From the human T2T-CHM13v2.0 reference genome, Homo sapiens, in NCBI RefSeq assembly GCF_009914755.1, contig NC_060936.1: a DNA stretch of 64,000 nt; one strand, 5' to 3'. Position numbers and translations under genes: made by a program. Under the pieces are notes generated by a model, which had not been told where the DNA came from, did not search any database, and was given only the letters and a program-made list of their open reading frames with translations. The stretch's first letter is position 1; the number at the start of each line of letters is the position of its first letter. Of this stretch, positions 14,095 through 33,723 are shown piece after piece.

Positions 14095-14900
14095 TTTATT
14101 TATTCACTCATTCATTCATTGAACAATATTGATAGAATACCTATATACTCATGAAGAAGACTCACATAAGACCGTTGCCCTCAAGAGTGTTGTATCTCTT
14201 ACACTCCCAAGAGATAACTGGATTATATACCCATAAACAAGCAAACAAGGGAATGTTGGGGGAAGGAGGTCTACTTTTGATGGGATGCTTCAGGAAGTTC
14301 TCTTTGAAGAAGTGTCATTGAGCTGTGATCCAGTTGACAAGAAAGAGCTTCTTGCCATGTAAAAATCTACAGGGCAGAACTTTCAAGAAGGAGGGAATAC
14401 CAACTGCACAAGCTCTGTGGGGAAACAAAACTTGTCACTTTGAAGACCAGAAAGGAGGTCAATGTTGCTGGGGATTAGAGAACCAGAGGAGGGTAACAGT
14501 GGGGACAGGAAATAAAGTTCAGGAGTCAAGCCATGGTAAGGATTTTGTTTTCATTTTAACTATAAAGGGAGTTCATAGATAATTTAAATCACTTTAGATT
14601 CCTTATAAAGAATGAATTGTCAGGGACAAAAGTGTTAGCAGGGATGCTAGGCTATTTTAGTAGTCTGGGAAAGAGATGGTAGTGGCAACAGAGGGGAGAA
14701 GTAGGTGGCTTTGAGCTACATTTGGGAAGAAAAACTAACAGGACTTGGTGATGGATTGGCTGTGCAGATAAGAAAAAGAGAAGAATCAAAGATGACTTCT
14801 AGATTTTTGAATCAAGTGTGGTTACTACTAGAATTTGATGGCATTGATTAAGTTAGAAAAAAATTTAAATGAAACAGATTAAGTGAGAATCAAGATTTTT
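14095..14900 (-). mobile_element. L2 fragment (approximate bounds)
   Basis: ttcactcattcattcattgaacaatatt reverse L2 tail, followed by typical L2 body. Confidence 0.65.
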
Positions 14901-15552
14901 CTGGCTGGGATTTTCAGCCCTGCATTATGAGAATAATTGTTTTCTTCTATACAGTGATCATGCTTCCCTTCCTAGAGCTTCCGTGTATATCTAGCATAAT
15001 GCATAACACACCTAGACAGAAACACATGTGGTTGGATAGCATTTTAAGGGATGCTGTTCACCCAGTTTTTCTCTCTCTGGGTATGAACTCCATGTCAATG
15101 GGAGCCTCCTATTCTAGGAACTTAGCTATAACTTTAGTTGTCTATTTATAGTTCCAAAATGTCTAAAGGTACCAGGATTTGTTAGGAATAAGTAATGACA
15201 ATGTACATTACACCACCTCTTAAGAATATAGCATGGCTCAAATTTTATATGCTACAATTCTGATGTCATATAGAACATGACCTTTTATTTTCTGTAACTG
15301 GTTATTTTTGCTTTTTGCAATGATGCTGGGGTTGATGAAAGCACTGATTTTAGATAAACTATTCATTTCTCATTCCCTCTGGGTTTAATTCGGTCTCTTT
15401 TGGGTAAATATTCAATCAATTCAAAGTTTAACTCTTCAATTGTACTTTTTCTCTCATCCTTCAAGAGGTATGCTTATCTCATTTTCTGAGGTAGTCTGGG
15501 TACAGGGGAAGCCCAATGAAAGTGGGGTGAGGGAATCTCAAATCCGTGATAT

Positions 15553-16360
15553 TGAAACAGAAAAAGTTCCCTTGTCCTGCTCTCGGGGCGTGCGACGGGG
15601 GTGTGTCTCAATTCTCTGGTGCCCCCCTGCTCAAACCTCTAGGGGGAGCATGCAGACGGGCAGGCTGTGGGGCTCCGACCCCATGGCAGGGTCTAGGGGT
15701 GAATGTTTACAGCTGAAACCCCAGTGGGCGTGTGTTACAGTATGCTCTTTTAGTTTAGCCATCCGTAGGGGGCTTGTGTTAGCTCAGTTAGACCCCCTGC
15801 CTTATCGCAAGGACAGAGGGCTTTCTGTATCCCGGGGTTTCTTGCCTTGGAGTACCAGAACTGGATCACACGTGGGCTTGGAGAGCACGATTTATTGAGT
15901 GGAGATAACTCTCAGCAGAGGGGGGAGCCAGAGGGAAATGGAGTGGGAAGATGGTTTTCCCCTGGAGTCGGGCCACTCAGCAGCGACTCTCCTCCATCCT
16001 CACCCGCCAAACTGTGCGTTGTTCCGCTGGTTGATGGCCTGCTGGCCTGCGGCGTCTGTCAGTGTGTGCTGTTAGGCCGCTGCATTCCTCTCGATGTCCA
16101 GCCGTTGTGTCTTACGCCAACGTGTTCCTGTCAACGTCCAGCCGCTTGTGTGTGTGCCCGTTAGGGTCTTGGGATTTTTATAGGCACAGGATGGGGGCGT
16201 GGTGGGCCAGGGTGGTGTTGGGAAATGCAACATTTAGGCGGGAAAACAGAAATGCCTGTCCTCATCTAGGTCCCTGGGCACAAACAAGCCCGGGTGTGGG
16301 GCCCTAGGCAGAGACCCGCCCTTCTCTACCCCGCACTTCCCTGCCCCCACTCCCATATCA
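15553..16360 (-). mobile_element. Complete ERV1 solo LTR (LTR1/LTR27/LTR28-like)
   Basis: TG...CA termini; 4-bp TSD ATAT (15549-15552, 16361-16364); minus-strand TATAAAAA (16175-16182) and AATAAA (15891-15896); GC-rich. Confidence 0.85.
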
Positions 16361-17037
16361 ATATCGTGAGAAACGTCACCTGACCTTTTTATGGAATCAT
16401 TCTGGCACAAACTTGCAGTCACGGCTTCCAGTTTCAAGGTTCCTATTTTCGGTTTTATCCTTGGTCCAACCTCAAGGCTTATTCTAGTCCCCTGGTTCCC
16501 TAGCATGTCTGTGTTGAACCTCAGGTAGCTAGATACTCCCGGCTGATTTCTCTGCACCAATCTACAGTGTGAAGGATTTGAGAAAGGTACTTCCACACCC
16601 TGCTGTAGCTCTGGATGATCTGCTAGAGGAGCCCTTACATCTTGCTTGACACAGAGATTTTCTAAGCGGCTTGTCATGTTTATCTCCATCCTGAGAAAAA
16701 ACAAAGTCTTCTTTACACTGGGATTTCTCTCCCAAATCTATTCAGGTGTTGTCACCACTTAATCCTTACCCTAAGATCTTGGGACACTCCAGTGTGATGG
16801 CTTTGCCCTTTTATTTCTCTCACTCTTTTTTCGTAGTGCAAAATTTTTCCTTTTATCTTTCTTTTGACTGATGGAAATTTCCTTCTTCCGTATACTCTTT
16901 CCTTTCTACACCTCAAGGGTCTTAATTTAATTATAACTACCTAATTGTAAAACTCTGTGGTCCCAAATAATCCAGGATTGACTCTTGATGTGTAAATGGA
17001 ACGTAGAAAACACTTTTCCCTCAGCAAAACTTGGCTT

Positions 17038-17043
<6 letters not shown>

Positions 17044-17090
<47 letters not shown>

Positions 17091-17110
17091 CTCTCTCTCT
17101 CTCTCTCTCT
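17044..17110. repeat. Compound (AC)n(TC)n microsatellite
   Basis: Direct reading. Confidence 0.97.
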
Positions 17111-17231
17111 GCTTTAAAATTTACTTTGTTCATTGCGGTATTTAAAAGAGACTATTACCTGGCACATAATTGAAACTTAATATTTGTTCAATGGATGAAT
17201 GAATGAAGAGTATGTTTTAAGTTAGAAACTG

Positions 17232-17483
17232 TATATATATATATATAAATATATATTATACAAATATATATATTATATAATATATATAATATATTTGTAT
17301 ATATATTATACAAATTTTTTAAATATATTTGTATATTTTGTATACAAAATATATATTTGTATAATATATATTTTTATATATGATATATATGCAATATAAG
17401 TATATGTATATATTATATATGATTATATTACATTAGGTATTATATAATTATTACATATTATTATATATAATTGTTATATATAT
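17232..17483. repeat. Degenerate (TA)n low-complexity tract
   Basis: About 250 nt almost entirely A/T. Confidence 0.9.
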
Positions 17484-18076
17484 TTTTTCTTATTGTATTT
17501 CTGCAATAAGAATAGTGATGCTTTTTCAGATAATGGATGACTCAGTGGAAAAGAGTAAGATTACATAAAGATAGAACAAAAAAGGATAGACCTTAACATA
17601 TTCAAGAATATTATCTATAATATATATGTAATATATATAATTAAATATACACATATATTTAAATTTTCAGCATTGTCTTACTAAGATGCTTGCTGGAAGC
17701 TTTATGCTTTAGTATCTTACTAACATACTTTAGTGTCTTACTAACATCCTTAGTTGGAAATAGCCCTGTAAGGTATAGTAAGTGTAGCGAAGGAAATGGT
17801 CATAATTCTGGATTCCTTCATTAGTGATCACTAATCTTTTTTGGGGACTCTTACCATAATCAGTTTTGGGGAGAGGAGGCAGGTATCATAATGTAATACA
17901 CATGGGTTTTTAGTCAGTGAGACATGGGTTTGAATCTTGGCTCTGACACTCAGTTATCTTTGGTTCCTGTAAAGTACTTAATAAATGGTAGCTATCATTG
18001 TTAGCAGGATTACTGTTTCAGGAGTCCATAGTTCTCTCATAATTCTCAGTTGCCATTATTTCAGCTGCTCCAATAA

Positions 18077-18424
<348 letters not shown>

Positions 18425-20059
18425 GAATATTTCTTTTTTTTTTTTTTTTTGAGTGTGTCTTCAAAATGCAGGCTGCCTATGACATTTATTATATTGGGTA
18501 ACTTTTTTCTTTATCATGAATATTTCTTGACAAAATAACTCATGAGGGTTAATGTGTAACCATTTTATATCCATTACTGTATGAGTCACATTTGATTTGT
18601 AGATGGTATGTTCAGAAATCTGTTTTAATCCATTGCATTTTAAAATGATTTTTCCTTCTGAAGTTTGCTTTGCAAAATAACTTTTATCATCCATCAAGAT
18701 GGTAAACTAGCATTTCCCCCCTGCAGTTATTGATAAATAACACGTATTTTTCAAATGATACACAGTCCTTGAATTCCTAGGGCAACCACCATTAAATAAA
18801 TGGATTTCTATTGGAGCACTGTAAGCTTATTGTTTTAATTCATTTTGAATTGAGGCATGATGTTCCAGTAGAACTTATTTATTTACTATTTTCTTGAATT
18901 CAACTTGTAATTGTTTAGCACTTTTACTTTTAGATGTGTCAGTAAAATTTAACAGTAGTTTTCTTCTTTCTTTAGGAAACTTCTAAGAGAATATACCCTC
19001 TATAGCTAAAAGACTGAGGACTGAAAGTGATGCTGAAAGTTCTAACTTATATACAAATCTTGACTCTGAAATGTTTCTCAATTTTCTTAGTAGTAATTAT
19101 AAGAGGTAATTCTGAAACAGTCTGACAAATGTTTATTAAACTCTGTGGGGAGATATATAACATACAGCACCTTAAAACGATTGATGACTTATTGCAGATA
19201 AGATATGCCCATGTGAAATAATTGAAAAACACTTGCCAAAGAATATATTAGGAAGTCAAAATAATTCTAATGCAGCTCTTTATTAAATATCACTGGTCAA
19301 ATAATTCCCTCAGTAACATAAAAGATTACCTTTGTAAATGGACTTCTGAATCCTAAAAAAGTATACCTACTCTAGTTTCTCCAAGTTTTCTAAAAGATTT
19401 TCACCGTGTTAAAAATGACCTCATGGTTACTGCATATAATATAGATCAATCATCAGAATGGGAAGGGGGCCATTTCAGATTTTCTGAAGTTATATCCATT
19501 TTGGAGTGAAAGTGGTAAAGATAGATTTGTGAATTAGGAGAGCATCTCAGTGGAGGCAGTGTATGAAGGCAGCAGGAATGACTGTCAAGAGTTTGACAAG
19601 TAGCATTATAGACATGGTGTACTGAGGCTAAGTTGGGAAGATGAAAGAAAGAAATACAGATAGATGGAGCGGTAGAGCATATGAATGCTCTTTAGGGCTT
19701 AATATGAGGTTTCTAGTGGGATGACCAATGTTCTGACCAATGTTCTCTCTCAACTCTTTCCTGATAGTCATTTTTCTGAATCACTCTGAAGCTTGAGTGC
19801 CAAGGTCAAGCCCATGGCCACTCATGATTTGCAAGTGGGTCATAAATTTAGAATTGATTGTCAGTGTTAAAAAAATGAGTAGATCTCTTGTAAAACTTCA
19901 ATTTCCTTTGTTTCTTATAAAAATCAGAACACTTTTGCCATATTTCCTGTGGCAAAAAAAAATCAGCAGAGTTGAATGGTGGCTGTCTTTTATTTGAAGC
20001 ATTTGCTTAGTTGTTTACCGTGATTCCCATCACACCCTCTTATTTCATTTTATCTGAAA

Positions 20060-21890
20060 GAAAATTTTGTAGGTACATAGTAGGTTTATATATTTATGGG
20101 GTACATGAGATACTTTGATACAAGCGTGTAACAAGTAATAACATCATGGAAAATGGGGTATCCATCCCCTCAAGCATTTGTCCTTAGTGTTATAAACAAT
20201 CCAATTATACTCTTTTAGTTATTTTATAATGTACAATTAATTATTATTTATTGTAGTCACCCTGTTGCACTGTCAAATACTAGATCATATTCATTCTTTC
20301 TATTTTTTTATACCCATTAACCATCCCCACTTTCCCCACCCCTCCTCACTACCCTTCCCACCTTCTGGTAACCATGCTTCTACTCTCTATCTCTATAAAT
20401 TCAATTGTTTTGATATTTAGCATCCACAAATAAATGAGAACATGTGAAGTTTGTCATTTGTGCCTGACTTATTTGACTTAACACAATGACCATGATGGCA
20501 TCTCATTCTTTTTTATTGCTGCATAGTACTCCATTGCGTATAGATGTACCACATTTTCTTTATCGAGTCAACCATTGATGGACATTTTGGTTGCTTCCAA
20601 ATCTTGGCTATTGTGAAGAGTACTGCAACAAACATGTAAGTGCAGATATCTCTTCCATATACTGATTTCCTTTCTTTTGGCTATATACCCAGCAGTAGGA
20701 TTGCTAGATTTTACATTAGCTCTATTTTTAGTTTTTTGAGGACCTTCCAAACTGTTCTCCGTAGTGATTTTACTAATTTGTATTCCCACCAACAGTGTAC
20801 AAGGGTTCCCTTTTCTTCACATTCTCTCCAACATTTGTTATTGCCTGTCTTTTGGAGAAGAGCTATTTTAACTGGGGTGAGATGGTATCTCACTGTAGTT
20901 TTGATTTGCATTTCTCTGATGATCAATGATGTTGAGCACCTTTTCATAAGCCCCCTTGACATCTGTATGTTATCTTTTGAGAAATGTCTATTCAAATATT
21001 TTGTCCATTTTTGATTGGATTGTTAGTTCTTTTTCCTGTAGAGTTGTTTGAGCTGCTTATGCATTCTGGTTATTAATCCCTTGTCAGATTGACAGTTTGC
21101 AAATATTTTCTCCTATTCTGTGGGTTGTCTTTTCTCTTTGTTGATTGTTTTCTTTGCTGTACAGAAGCTCTTTAACTAGTTGTGATCCTGTTTGTCCGTT
21201 TTTGCTTTGGTTGCCTATGCTTGTGGGGTATTACTCAAGAAATTTTCACCCAGATCAATATCCTGGAGATTTTACCCAATGCAATAGTTTCATAGTTTGA
21301 GGTCTTAGATTTAAGTCTTTAATCCATTTTGATTTAATTTTTGTATATGGTGAAAGATGGAGGTCAAGTTTCATTCTTCTGCATATGGATATCCAGTTTT
21401 CCCAGCACCATTTATTGAAGAGACTGTCCTTTATCCAATGTATGTTCTTGGCATCTTTAGCAAGAATGAGTTCATTGTAGGTATGTGAACTTGTTTCTGC
21501 GTTCTCTATTCTGTTCCATTGGTCTATGTGTCTGTTTTTATGCCAGTACCATACTATTTTGGTTACTATAACTCTGTAGTATAATTTGAAGTCAGATAAT
21601 GCGATTCCTCCAGTTTTTTCTTTTTGCTTAGGATAGCTTTGTTATTCTGGGTCTTTCATGGTTCCATATAAATTTTAGGATATTTTTTCTATTTCTGTGA
21701 AGAATGTCTTTGATATTTTGACAGAGATTGCATTGCATCTGTAGATTGCTTTGGGTAGTATAGATAGGATATTTTAATAATATTGATTCTTCCACCCCAT
21801 GACATCGAATAGCTTTCCATTTTTTGGTGTCCTCTTCACTTTTTTTCATCAATGTTTTATAGTTTTTATTATAGAGAACTTTTACTTCCT
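20060..21890 (-). mobile_element. L1MA/L1PB-type 3' end (3'UTR plus decayed ORF2 C-terminus)
   Basis: ORF 20711..20995(-) [22 protein letters not shown] is L1 ORF2; L1MA-like 3'UTR. Confidence 0.88.
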
Positions 21891-22836
21891 GCCACCAAAC
21901 CTTATTTTAAACGAAACTTTTTAGTCATTTATTTTACTTGTCTGAATCTTGAGTTATTAACTGTTGATTTAGGCAATCTTCTCATCAAGTTTTTGAAATG
22001 CAGAACACTGAGAGAGTTTGTGATTTCTTTGCATGTCAGACTTAGGGAACAAAATGTCTCAGAAAGCTGAAGGAACTGAATCAAGAATAGTGCTATTAAC
22101 TTAAAAATCTCACAATCTAAAAATTTGGAAAGGAGACTTTATTTCTTTTAAAGGATGACAGCCTTCAAAGTGGCCATCTCTCACACTGGGAAGTGTGCCT
22201 CCAGCAAAGACCGGAGATGGGCACTTTGAAGGAGGAGGGATCGGGGTAGGAGCTTTATGCGGAAAGGGTTAGCTAAACATACATATTTAACCTGCTACAG
22301 GAGGAGCTATGAATATTCAGGAAGGTGGTCCTGACACATGTGTATTGAACAAACATGTATGTAACAAACGATCCATGTTCACTTTGGGGTTGAGACTTCA
22401 CATTTAAATGTATTACAATTAGGTCCTATACATCAAATGATTTTTTCAGTACACAAAGTCATTCAAGTGCACAGCCTCTGTAAATTAGCCAGAACCAGTC
22501 CATGGTCAGTGGTCTTATCAGGAGAAAGTTACTGAAATCAGTATCTTGTCCAATCAAAGCTGTAATTATGGCTTGTGGAACAGGGGCTCAGTTAGTCTCT
22601 GTCTGATGGTGAGCTACAATTGTTTTAATATTGCTTATCTTGAGTCCAGTGCTTGTTTAACTGCTAGAGAAAAATAAAACCTATGGCAGTTAGAGCATAG
22701 GTTAAGTGTGTGTTTTGGGTGGGGATTGGGGGGGATACATGTCTTAACCCTTGCCTGACATGGCCATATGTCATGTTTATAATTTGGTATCTTATTGTCA
22801 CGAACAGTCTGTTCTCTCAGCCTCGTGGTCTCTATT

Positions 22837-27199
<4,363 letters not shown>

Positions 27200-28334
27200 C
27201 AATTTTAGCATTAATTTAGGTCAGCTGTTGTGTCTAACAGTAAGTGGTGGGGGATATACTGAGGTGTGTCTGACCTCCCATCCTGTCATGGCCAGAAACT
27301 CCATTGTTTTTAAGATTCTGTTGGTTGACAGGCTTAGGATTGTATTTTTAGCTTACCGTGTACTAGTTACCATTTTGAGACAAATGTTTCTTACATATTT
27401 TTTTCTTTTTTCAAAAATACCACAGAGAAAAGAATATTATCCCCATTTTATAGTTGTGGAAATGTTCTTGATGAGATTAAGGACACAGGTAAGGTTACAG
27501 AGCTAAGGATGACAGAATAAGAATTCACACCCAGATCTGTGTTACTCTCAAATTATGCTTTTACTACACCAATAGGGATATGTGTTATAATTGGCCTTTG
27601 TTCTAAAAATAAAACAGCGCATTTATAGGATTATAGAAGTCTGAATTTGGTAACAGCATGTGTGAAAAATATTTAGGGAGTTTAAGTAAGCTTATTGCAT
27701 CAACTCATGTGGGATATTTCTACCAAAAAATTATTGGCTTAATATTGGTCTGTGTTCATTGGTGGACTGTATCTATTATGACAGAATGATAATTACACTA
27801 TTTCATGAGTCAAACCAGTTGGATTACTGGTTAGTACAGTTTGAATACACAGAGTAGAGCTTGTTCAGGGAGAAGTGATGAAGATGGTGGAAATCCTCAG
27901 AATCAAGGCATATGCGGAACTATTGAAATAAGGGAACAGGTCAAGATTACTAATAGTCAAGATTCTTTTTGTTTCAAGTACTGGACTCATCCCAAATTGG
28001 CTTAAGCAAAAATGGGAATATATTGATACATATAGCTGAAATGTCCTGATAATGTTATCAGGTGTGGTTAACAGCAAGAAGCTTGATGTGGTCAACAATG
28101 AGATGGCCTTTGTGTCTTGTGTATAATGGCACAGGATAAAAGTGGGAGTAGATAAAGCTGGAGAGCTGGTTAGGCCATATACATTGAGTCTTGAAGCCAG
28201 AATAAGAAGTTTGAATTTTCTTGCGAGTGCAGCGGAAAGCCCGTGGAATGTTTTCTCCAGGAGTGTGATCATACATCTTTGGGTACATGGTTTAAATAAA
28301 ATTTTAAAATTCTGTGTAATACTAACAGTCATAT

Positions 28335-28338
28335 TCTC

Positions 28339-28379
<41 letters not shown>

Positions 28380-28380
28380 G
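28335..28380. repeat. (TC)n microsatellite
   Basis: Direct reading. Confidence 0.9.
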
Positions 28381-30525
28381 TCACTCTCGGGTTTCTTACT
28401 CTGTGTATGTGTATGTGGTTCTACTTATAAGAAGTCAATTTATTACTGAATTGCCTTAGTTCTCCCTTCCTAAATAATGTGGATACTATAAAAAACAATG
28501 GGAGTATACTACTGATTATTATTATAATACGTACTTGACCTATTGAAAAGCTCAGTTCCCTTTCTATAATTCTCATAACATTTGTATTTTCTTGTTTAAT
28601 AAGGATCTTCCTGCGAGTTGGTGAGGTCTAGTGTAGTGACTGTACTTTATCACAAGTCACTAGCTCAGTGCCTGAAACACAGTAAGTATTCTAAACAATT
28701 TTTAAGAGATAGCATCAAAAATCTAGAGGAGAAACCACATGGACATATTTCAGCATGTTTGTGGTCAATCAATTTTAATTTAACCTCTCTAATGCTCTGG
28801 ATTTCCACAGTTCTATGCCCCATCCTATCTGTGCTTTCTCTGGTATATGGATCTTCACATAAAAATCAAAATCTATGGAGACAGGGTATGAATTGGAACC
28901 CAGAATTGGCCATCTCAGAGAAGCAGGTGTTTACAGAAAGGAAGATTGCAGAGAGGCTAGATTTGGGAGCTAAAGCTTTGGTTGGAGGAAACTAAGTTGG
29001 AGAACTAGTTCTGTACATTGGAATTCCAGAAACTTTCAGAAGAGTCAGTTGGACATATCAGTCCAAAGACTATTAGTGTGGTTTTTGTATGGTGAATAGA
29101 ATTATGTGGGTATAGAATTGGAAAGTGATAAGAATTTCCCCAAAAAATATATATAGTAAGGTGAAGGTGATTTCACAGACAATTAAGATCAAATGTATAA
29201 TGTATATGGCTTTCTGTAGCTTCTGCTTGATCAAAGGCCAAAATAGTAAATTTAAAGTTTTGCCCATCCTCCAAGTCTTCCATAAGCAACACTTTCCACA
29301 GCTTTTTAGAGGAACTGAAGAACAGACAGTTTGAAATTATGTTCTTTGGGGAGAGCCAGGAGTAACAATATTATAAATTTGTAGTAAGGCAAGTACCATG
29401 TGTTTAAAAATTTTTTAAAGCAGGGGCTAACGTTGATACTATTTGGTTACATTTAAGAGTCCTAACCAGGACTTTCTCTAAGAAATGAAAATTCATGAGC
29501 TTTTGTTTTTTTAAAGCCTTATGATGAGAAATTAATGTGGTGATCAGATATTTGAAACTATTGAAGAAAAAATGAAAGAAAATATCTTTAGTAAAGTGGA
29601 AGGGCACTGATTTACTGAAAAAAATTATTTAAGTAATTTTTTCCAACCTTTAGAGCTTTATGCTTATAAATAAAAAGCCTCTACTAAAAGACATTCCACC
29701 ACTGATTATATTTTAAAGCTTGCTATACATTAAGCACTTTGCATCACCTTAGCTTTTTTTAAAAATCATTTTTGTTTCTACAACACATGGCAAACTTTCA
29801 GTAAAAAGGCCATCTTTCTTATTTCTTGACTAAATGTGTTAAAAGACACTTTCATTTATAAAATTAATTTTATGATTATATTTATAGAACCTGTAACTTT
29901 TGAAAATTTCCAGTAGAAAAATGTTTTGAAAAATATTTATACTATGTAAACCCTGTCAAGTAATTGTTAACCTTGTATTCATCTGAACACAATTTAATTT
30001 ACACCAAAGTTATTTAATTCATTATTATACTATACTATTATTGTTCACAAAAATTGACCCTTTTCCAAATAAAAATTGTGTTCTAACATTTAATTCATGA
30101 TGCTTTAAAGTATTAAATATTATGCTTTGCTCTCCCTTTGTACAAAATTGATAAGTTCTCAAGCAGACAGGGAAGAAACATGAATAATTATTCCCATATT
30201 ATCATTAATAATCATATATAATCCATAAATTCCATACTTATAGAAGCTAAATTAAAAATTTACAAAAGAGAAAAACAAAACTAATAAGTAATTTAAAATA
30301 CAGAGTTAAAAAAGAAATGGGGAGATGATCCAGAAAAAGGAGAAAAAGCACATTTAATTTAATGTTAGGAATGAAAAAGGAGACATAACTACAGATAACT
30401 CAAAAATTAAGAGATATCTTTAATCTCAGCACTTTGGGAGGCCAAGGTGGGCAGATGGCTTGATCCCAGGAGTCTGAGACCAGCGTGGGCACCATAACTA
30501 CAGATATCTAAAAATTAAGAAATAT

Positions 30526-30803
30526 CTGTAATCCCAGCACTTTGGGAGGCCAAGGTGGGCAGATGGCTTGAACCCAGGAGTTTGCGATCAGCCTGGGCAC
30601 CATGGTGAGACCCCATCTCTAGAAAAAATAAACAGGTATGGTAACATATGCTTGTATCCCAGCTATTCAGGAGACTGAGATGGGAGGAGCACCTGAGCCT
30701 GGGGTTGGGGCCATCGACGCTGCAGTGAGTTGTGATCATACCACTGCACTCCAGCCTGGGTCACAGAGTGAGACTCTGTCTCATAAATAAATAAATAAAT
30801 AAA
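30526..30803 (+). mobile_element. 5'-truncated AluJ with (AAAT)n tail, inside an old sense L1 fragment
   Basis: Starts ctgtaatcccagcactttgggagg; J-type divergence. Confidence 0.85.
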
Positions 30804-33599
30804 TGGACATTTAAAATAACCTTATGACAATAAATTTCAAATGGATGAAATCTTAAACTTCTAGTAAGATATAACTTATACACTTTGTAAAAGAAAATAA
30901 AAATATCTGAATAGTTTATAAGCTTTAAAGGAGAGAAATGGGTAGTTAATAATTGTATATTCCTCCAATAGCCCATTTTCTGAAGTATTTTACTCAAATT
31001 TTGGAGCCCTAATGGGATGATAATATGTGGCTATAAACCCATTGAAGCCAGAGGTTATGTCTTTGTCACCTTCATATTTCCATCACAGAGTATAATAACT
31101 TATATTTTAGGCCCTCAATAAATACTTGTTGAAATAATGAAAGAAAGAAGTATTGTACATTTAAAAGTCTTGTTTTTTTCTAATCTCACTAATCTTTGAG
31201 CACCCCTGGGAAGTCATTTTTCATGTTTTTGATCAGTTTCCTCTCCTGTTGTCCTCAGAAATTTTCCCAAATCATCTCTATTTTCAAGCCCTTTGCTAAA
31301 TCTCACTCATCTCATTCAAAGCAGACAAACCCAGCTTCCATTCTAAACTTAAAGTTGAGGTGACTATCTCAAAAATTTGACTATTTCAAATTCCTGCTTC
31401 CAGAATCCATCAACTCATTTACATCCATTCTCAGAGGATGAAATCTCTCTCTTTCAGTTCAAGTGCAATCCTTCCTCCTGCCTTCTGGATCCTAATTCCT
31501 TGTGTCTGCTCTAAAGCTATCTATGGATTATTAGTGTATGCTTCCTCAGCTTCAAACTCATTCTCTTCAGTGGCTTTGTCCTTTAATCTTTTAAATGTAT
31601 CTTTCCTACCAAAAGCAAACAAGCAAAACAAAGCCAAACCAAACCAAACCAAGTTAGCCAGTCAACCAAATGATGACAATAGGAACAATAACAACAAATG
31701 AATACCTTGCTTTGACTCAGACTGTCTCTGAGATGCTAGAACAGCTTTAGGAATGTGCAACTGTTTATGCCTTGCTAGTTTGGGATTATTTAATACATAA
31801 TCACTAGCCTACTGATGCTAGCAAGTTGTATAGAGTAATTATGCTAAAGTACAACATCGAAGAGTAGTTTCCTTATATAATGGGAAAATTAATGAACATC
31901 ACTGGTTCATATGAGGAAAAAAATAATCTAATAAAGAGTCAAGTAAGTGAGTGTTCACATTCTTCATTTTGGGGAGTTCTATTTAGTGAGTGAAAGGATT
32001 AATCTACAACATTTAGATAATAACTGATTAAAGTTTTGAAAATAAATTCACAAAAATGAACAGGGATAGATGTATCATCAGGGTAGATTATGCACATGGA
32101 ACAAAATATCAAATGATAAAGATTAAAACTAAGACTATGACTTTTCAAAGGGTCTCAAACCTTGTCTAGAGAACCATACACATTTATACTTATGGAAACA
32201 GAGAAATTTATTTACTGTGGTTTGGGTATTCAGGATTCCTTCATAGGCCTAACATGGACTTGGTGTTGTAAGAGAGAAACAAAGAAATTGGTAAAGCAAA
32301 TTAATTGCTCTTTTGATCTAGAATTTCTTTTATGCACTAGATGTCAAAATGTGGTATGTCTTTTGAAAAAAAAATGTAAATTAATTAGGAAATAACTTCA
32401 TCTTAGAGACTATTTATCCCAATTGAAGACTTTTTTTGGCGTTACCCATGAGTAAAGACAGAACAACTACATCTTGTATTTTTACAGAATAATTTCAAAG
32501 TAATTAAATTTTTTTTTCATTTCCTAAATTAGAAAAAGCTTCGAAACCTATTCAAAAATAGGTTTAGAGTTAAATAAGTAAAATCATTTTACTGAGGACT
32601 TCCCTCAAGTTTCATCTCAGTTTGAAAACAGTCACTGGGTTGGGAGATTTGGCCAGTGTTGAAAAGTAATATATTTTAGATAATAATTATTGTGTAACAT
32701 TTATATTCCCTCACTTTGTACACAGTTTATGACTTTGGATATGTAAGAGTTAGACCTGCTTTGTCCTGTAGGCCTCCTCTCTTCTTCTCCCACCTCCCTC
32801 AACTCCCTATCCTACTCTCAAACTTTACAAACTGGCTTTCTAGTGAATAATTTCCTGGATCTCTGGGGCCATGCCTTATTCTCTTTTTTTATACTGTGGT
32901 CACAACTAATTTCTTTGCTCATTTCTTTCTTTGTTCTTTACTTTTAGCTACTAAGGGAAAAAGTTATTGTCCTTGTCCTTAAGGAAGTCACATTGTCATT
33001 AGCAAATTGTTTTAGAATTATTTACTGCTTTATCTCTCTATTTTGAGGATAGGGGCTGTATCTTACTCATATTTATGCCTAAAGTAGTGCCCGACACAAA
33101 GTAGATGCTAATTACATTTTGTTGGATTTTGTTGAATATTGATTTTGTACATATCATCTCTAAATTCAGAAGGTGTGAAAGTTAACTTTGCTTGCACTGT
33201 CTAACGAATGGTGTCTAAAGAGCTCAGACTAATAATGTTTTTCATTTAAAAGACTAAAATGAAATATAAAAAACCATAAATAAGTTTATTTTTGTGATTA
33301 TTTGTTTTAATGGATCACAAATGACGAACAAACATGTAAGAAGACATTCTGTCTCACTCACAGCCAGGAATGGCTAACTAAAATCTAACTAAAAATCTAC
33401 TAAAATCTAACTATATTTATAATATCCAGAGATTTATGTGAGTTTGTCAAAATGGGTACTCTCACACATTGGTGGTATGATTCTAAATAATTATAATTAT
33501 TATAACTTAAAATTTGATACAGTAATCATTTTGGAGTAGTAATCTTAAAATTTTAAAAAGCATTCAAACCATTTGACTCAAGAAACACACAATTTGTAT

Positions 33600-33723
33600 C
33601 CTGGTGTAGGGTTGCATGCCTGTAGTACCAGCTACTCTGAAGGAAGGCTAAGGTGGTAGGTTACCTTGAGCCCAGGATTCAAGTCCAGCCTAGGCAACAT
33701 AACAAGACCTTGTCGCTAAAAAA
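33600..33723 (+). mobile_element. Alu monomer (FLAM-like)
   Basis: gcctgtagtaccagctact...ttgagcccagga...cagcctaggcaacat followed by an A tail. Confidence 0.75.

Noticed and set aside
15440-16704. Overlapping 81-156 aa ORFs
   Set aside because: Overlap a GC-rich LTR where stops are scarce; no recognisable domain
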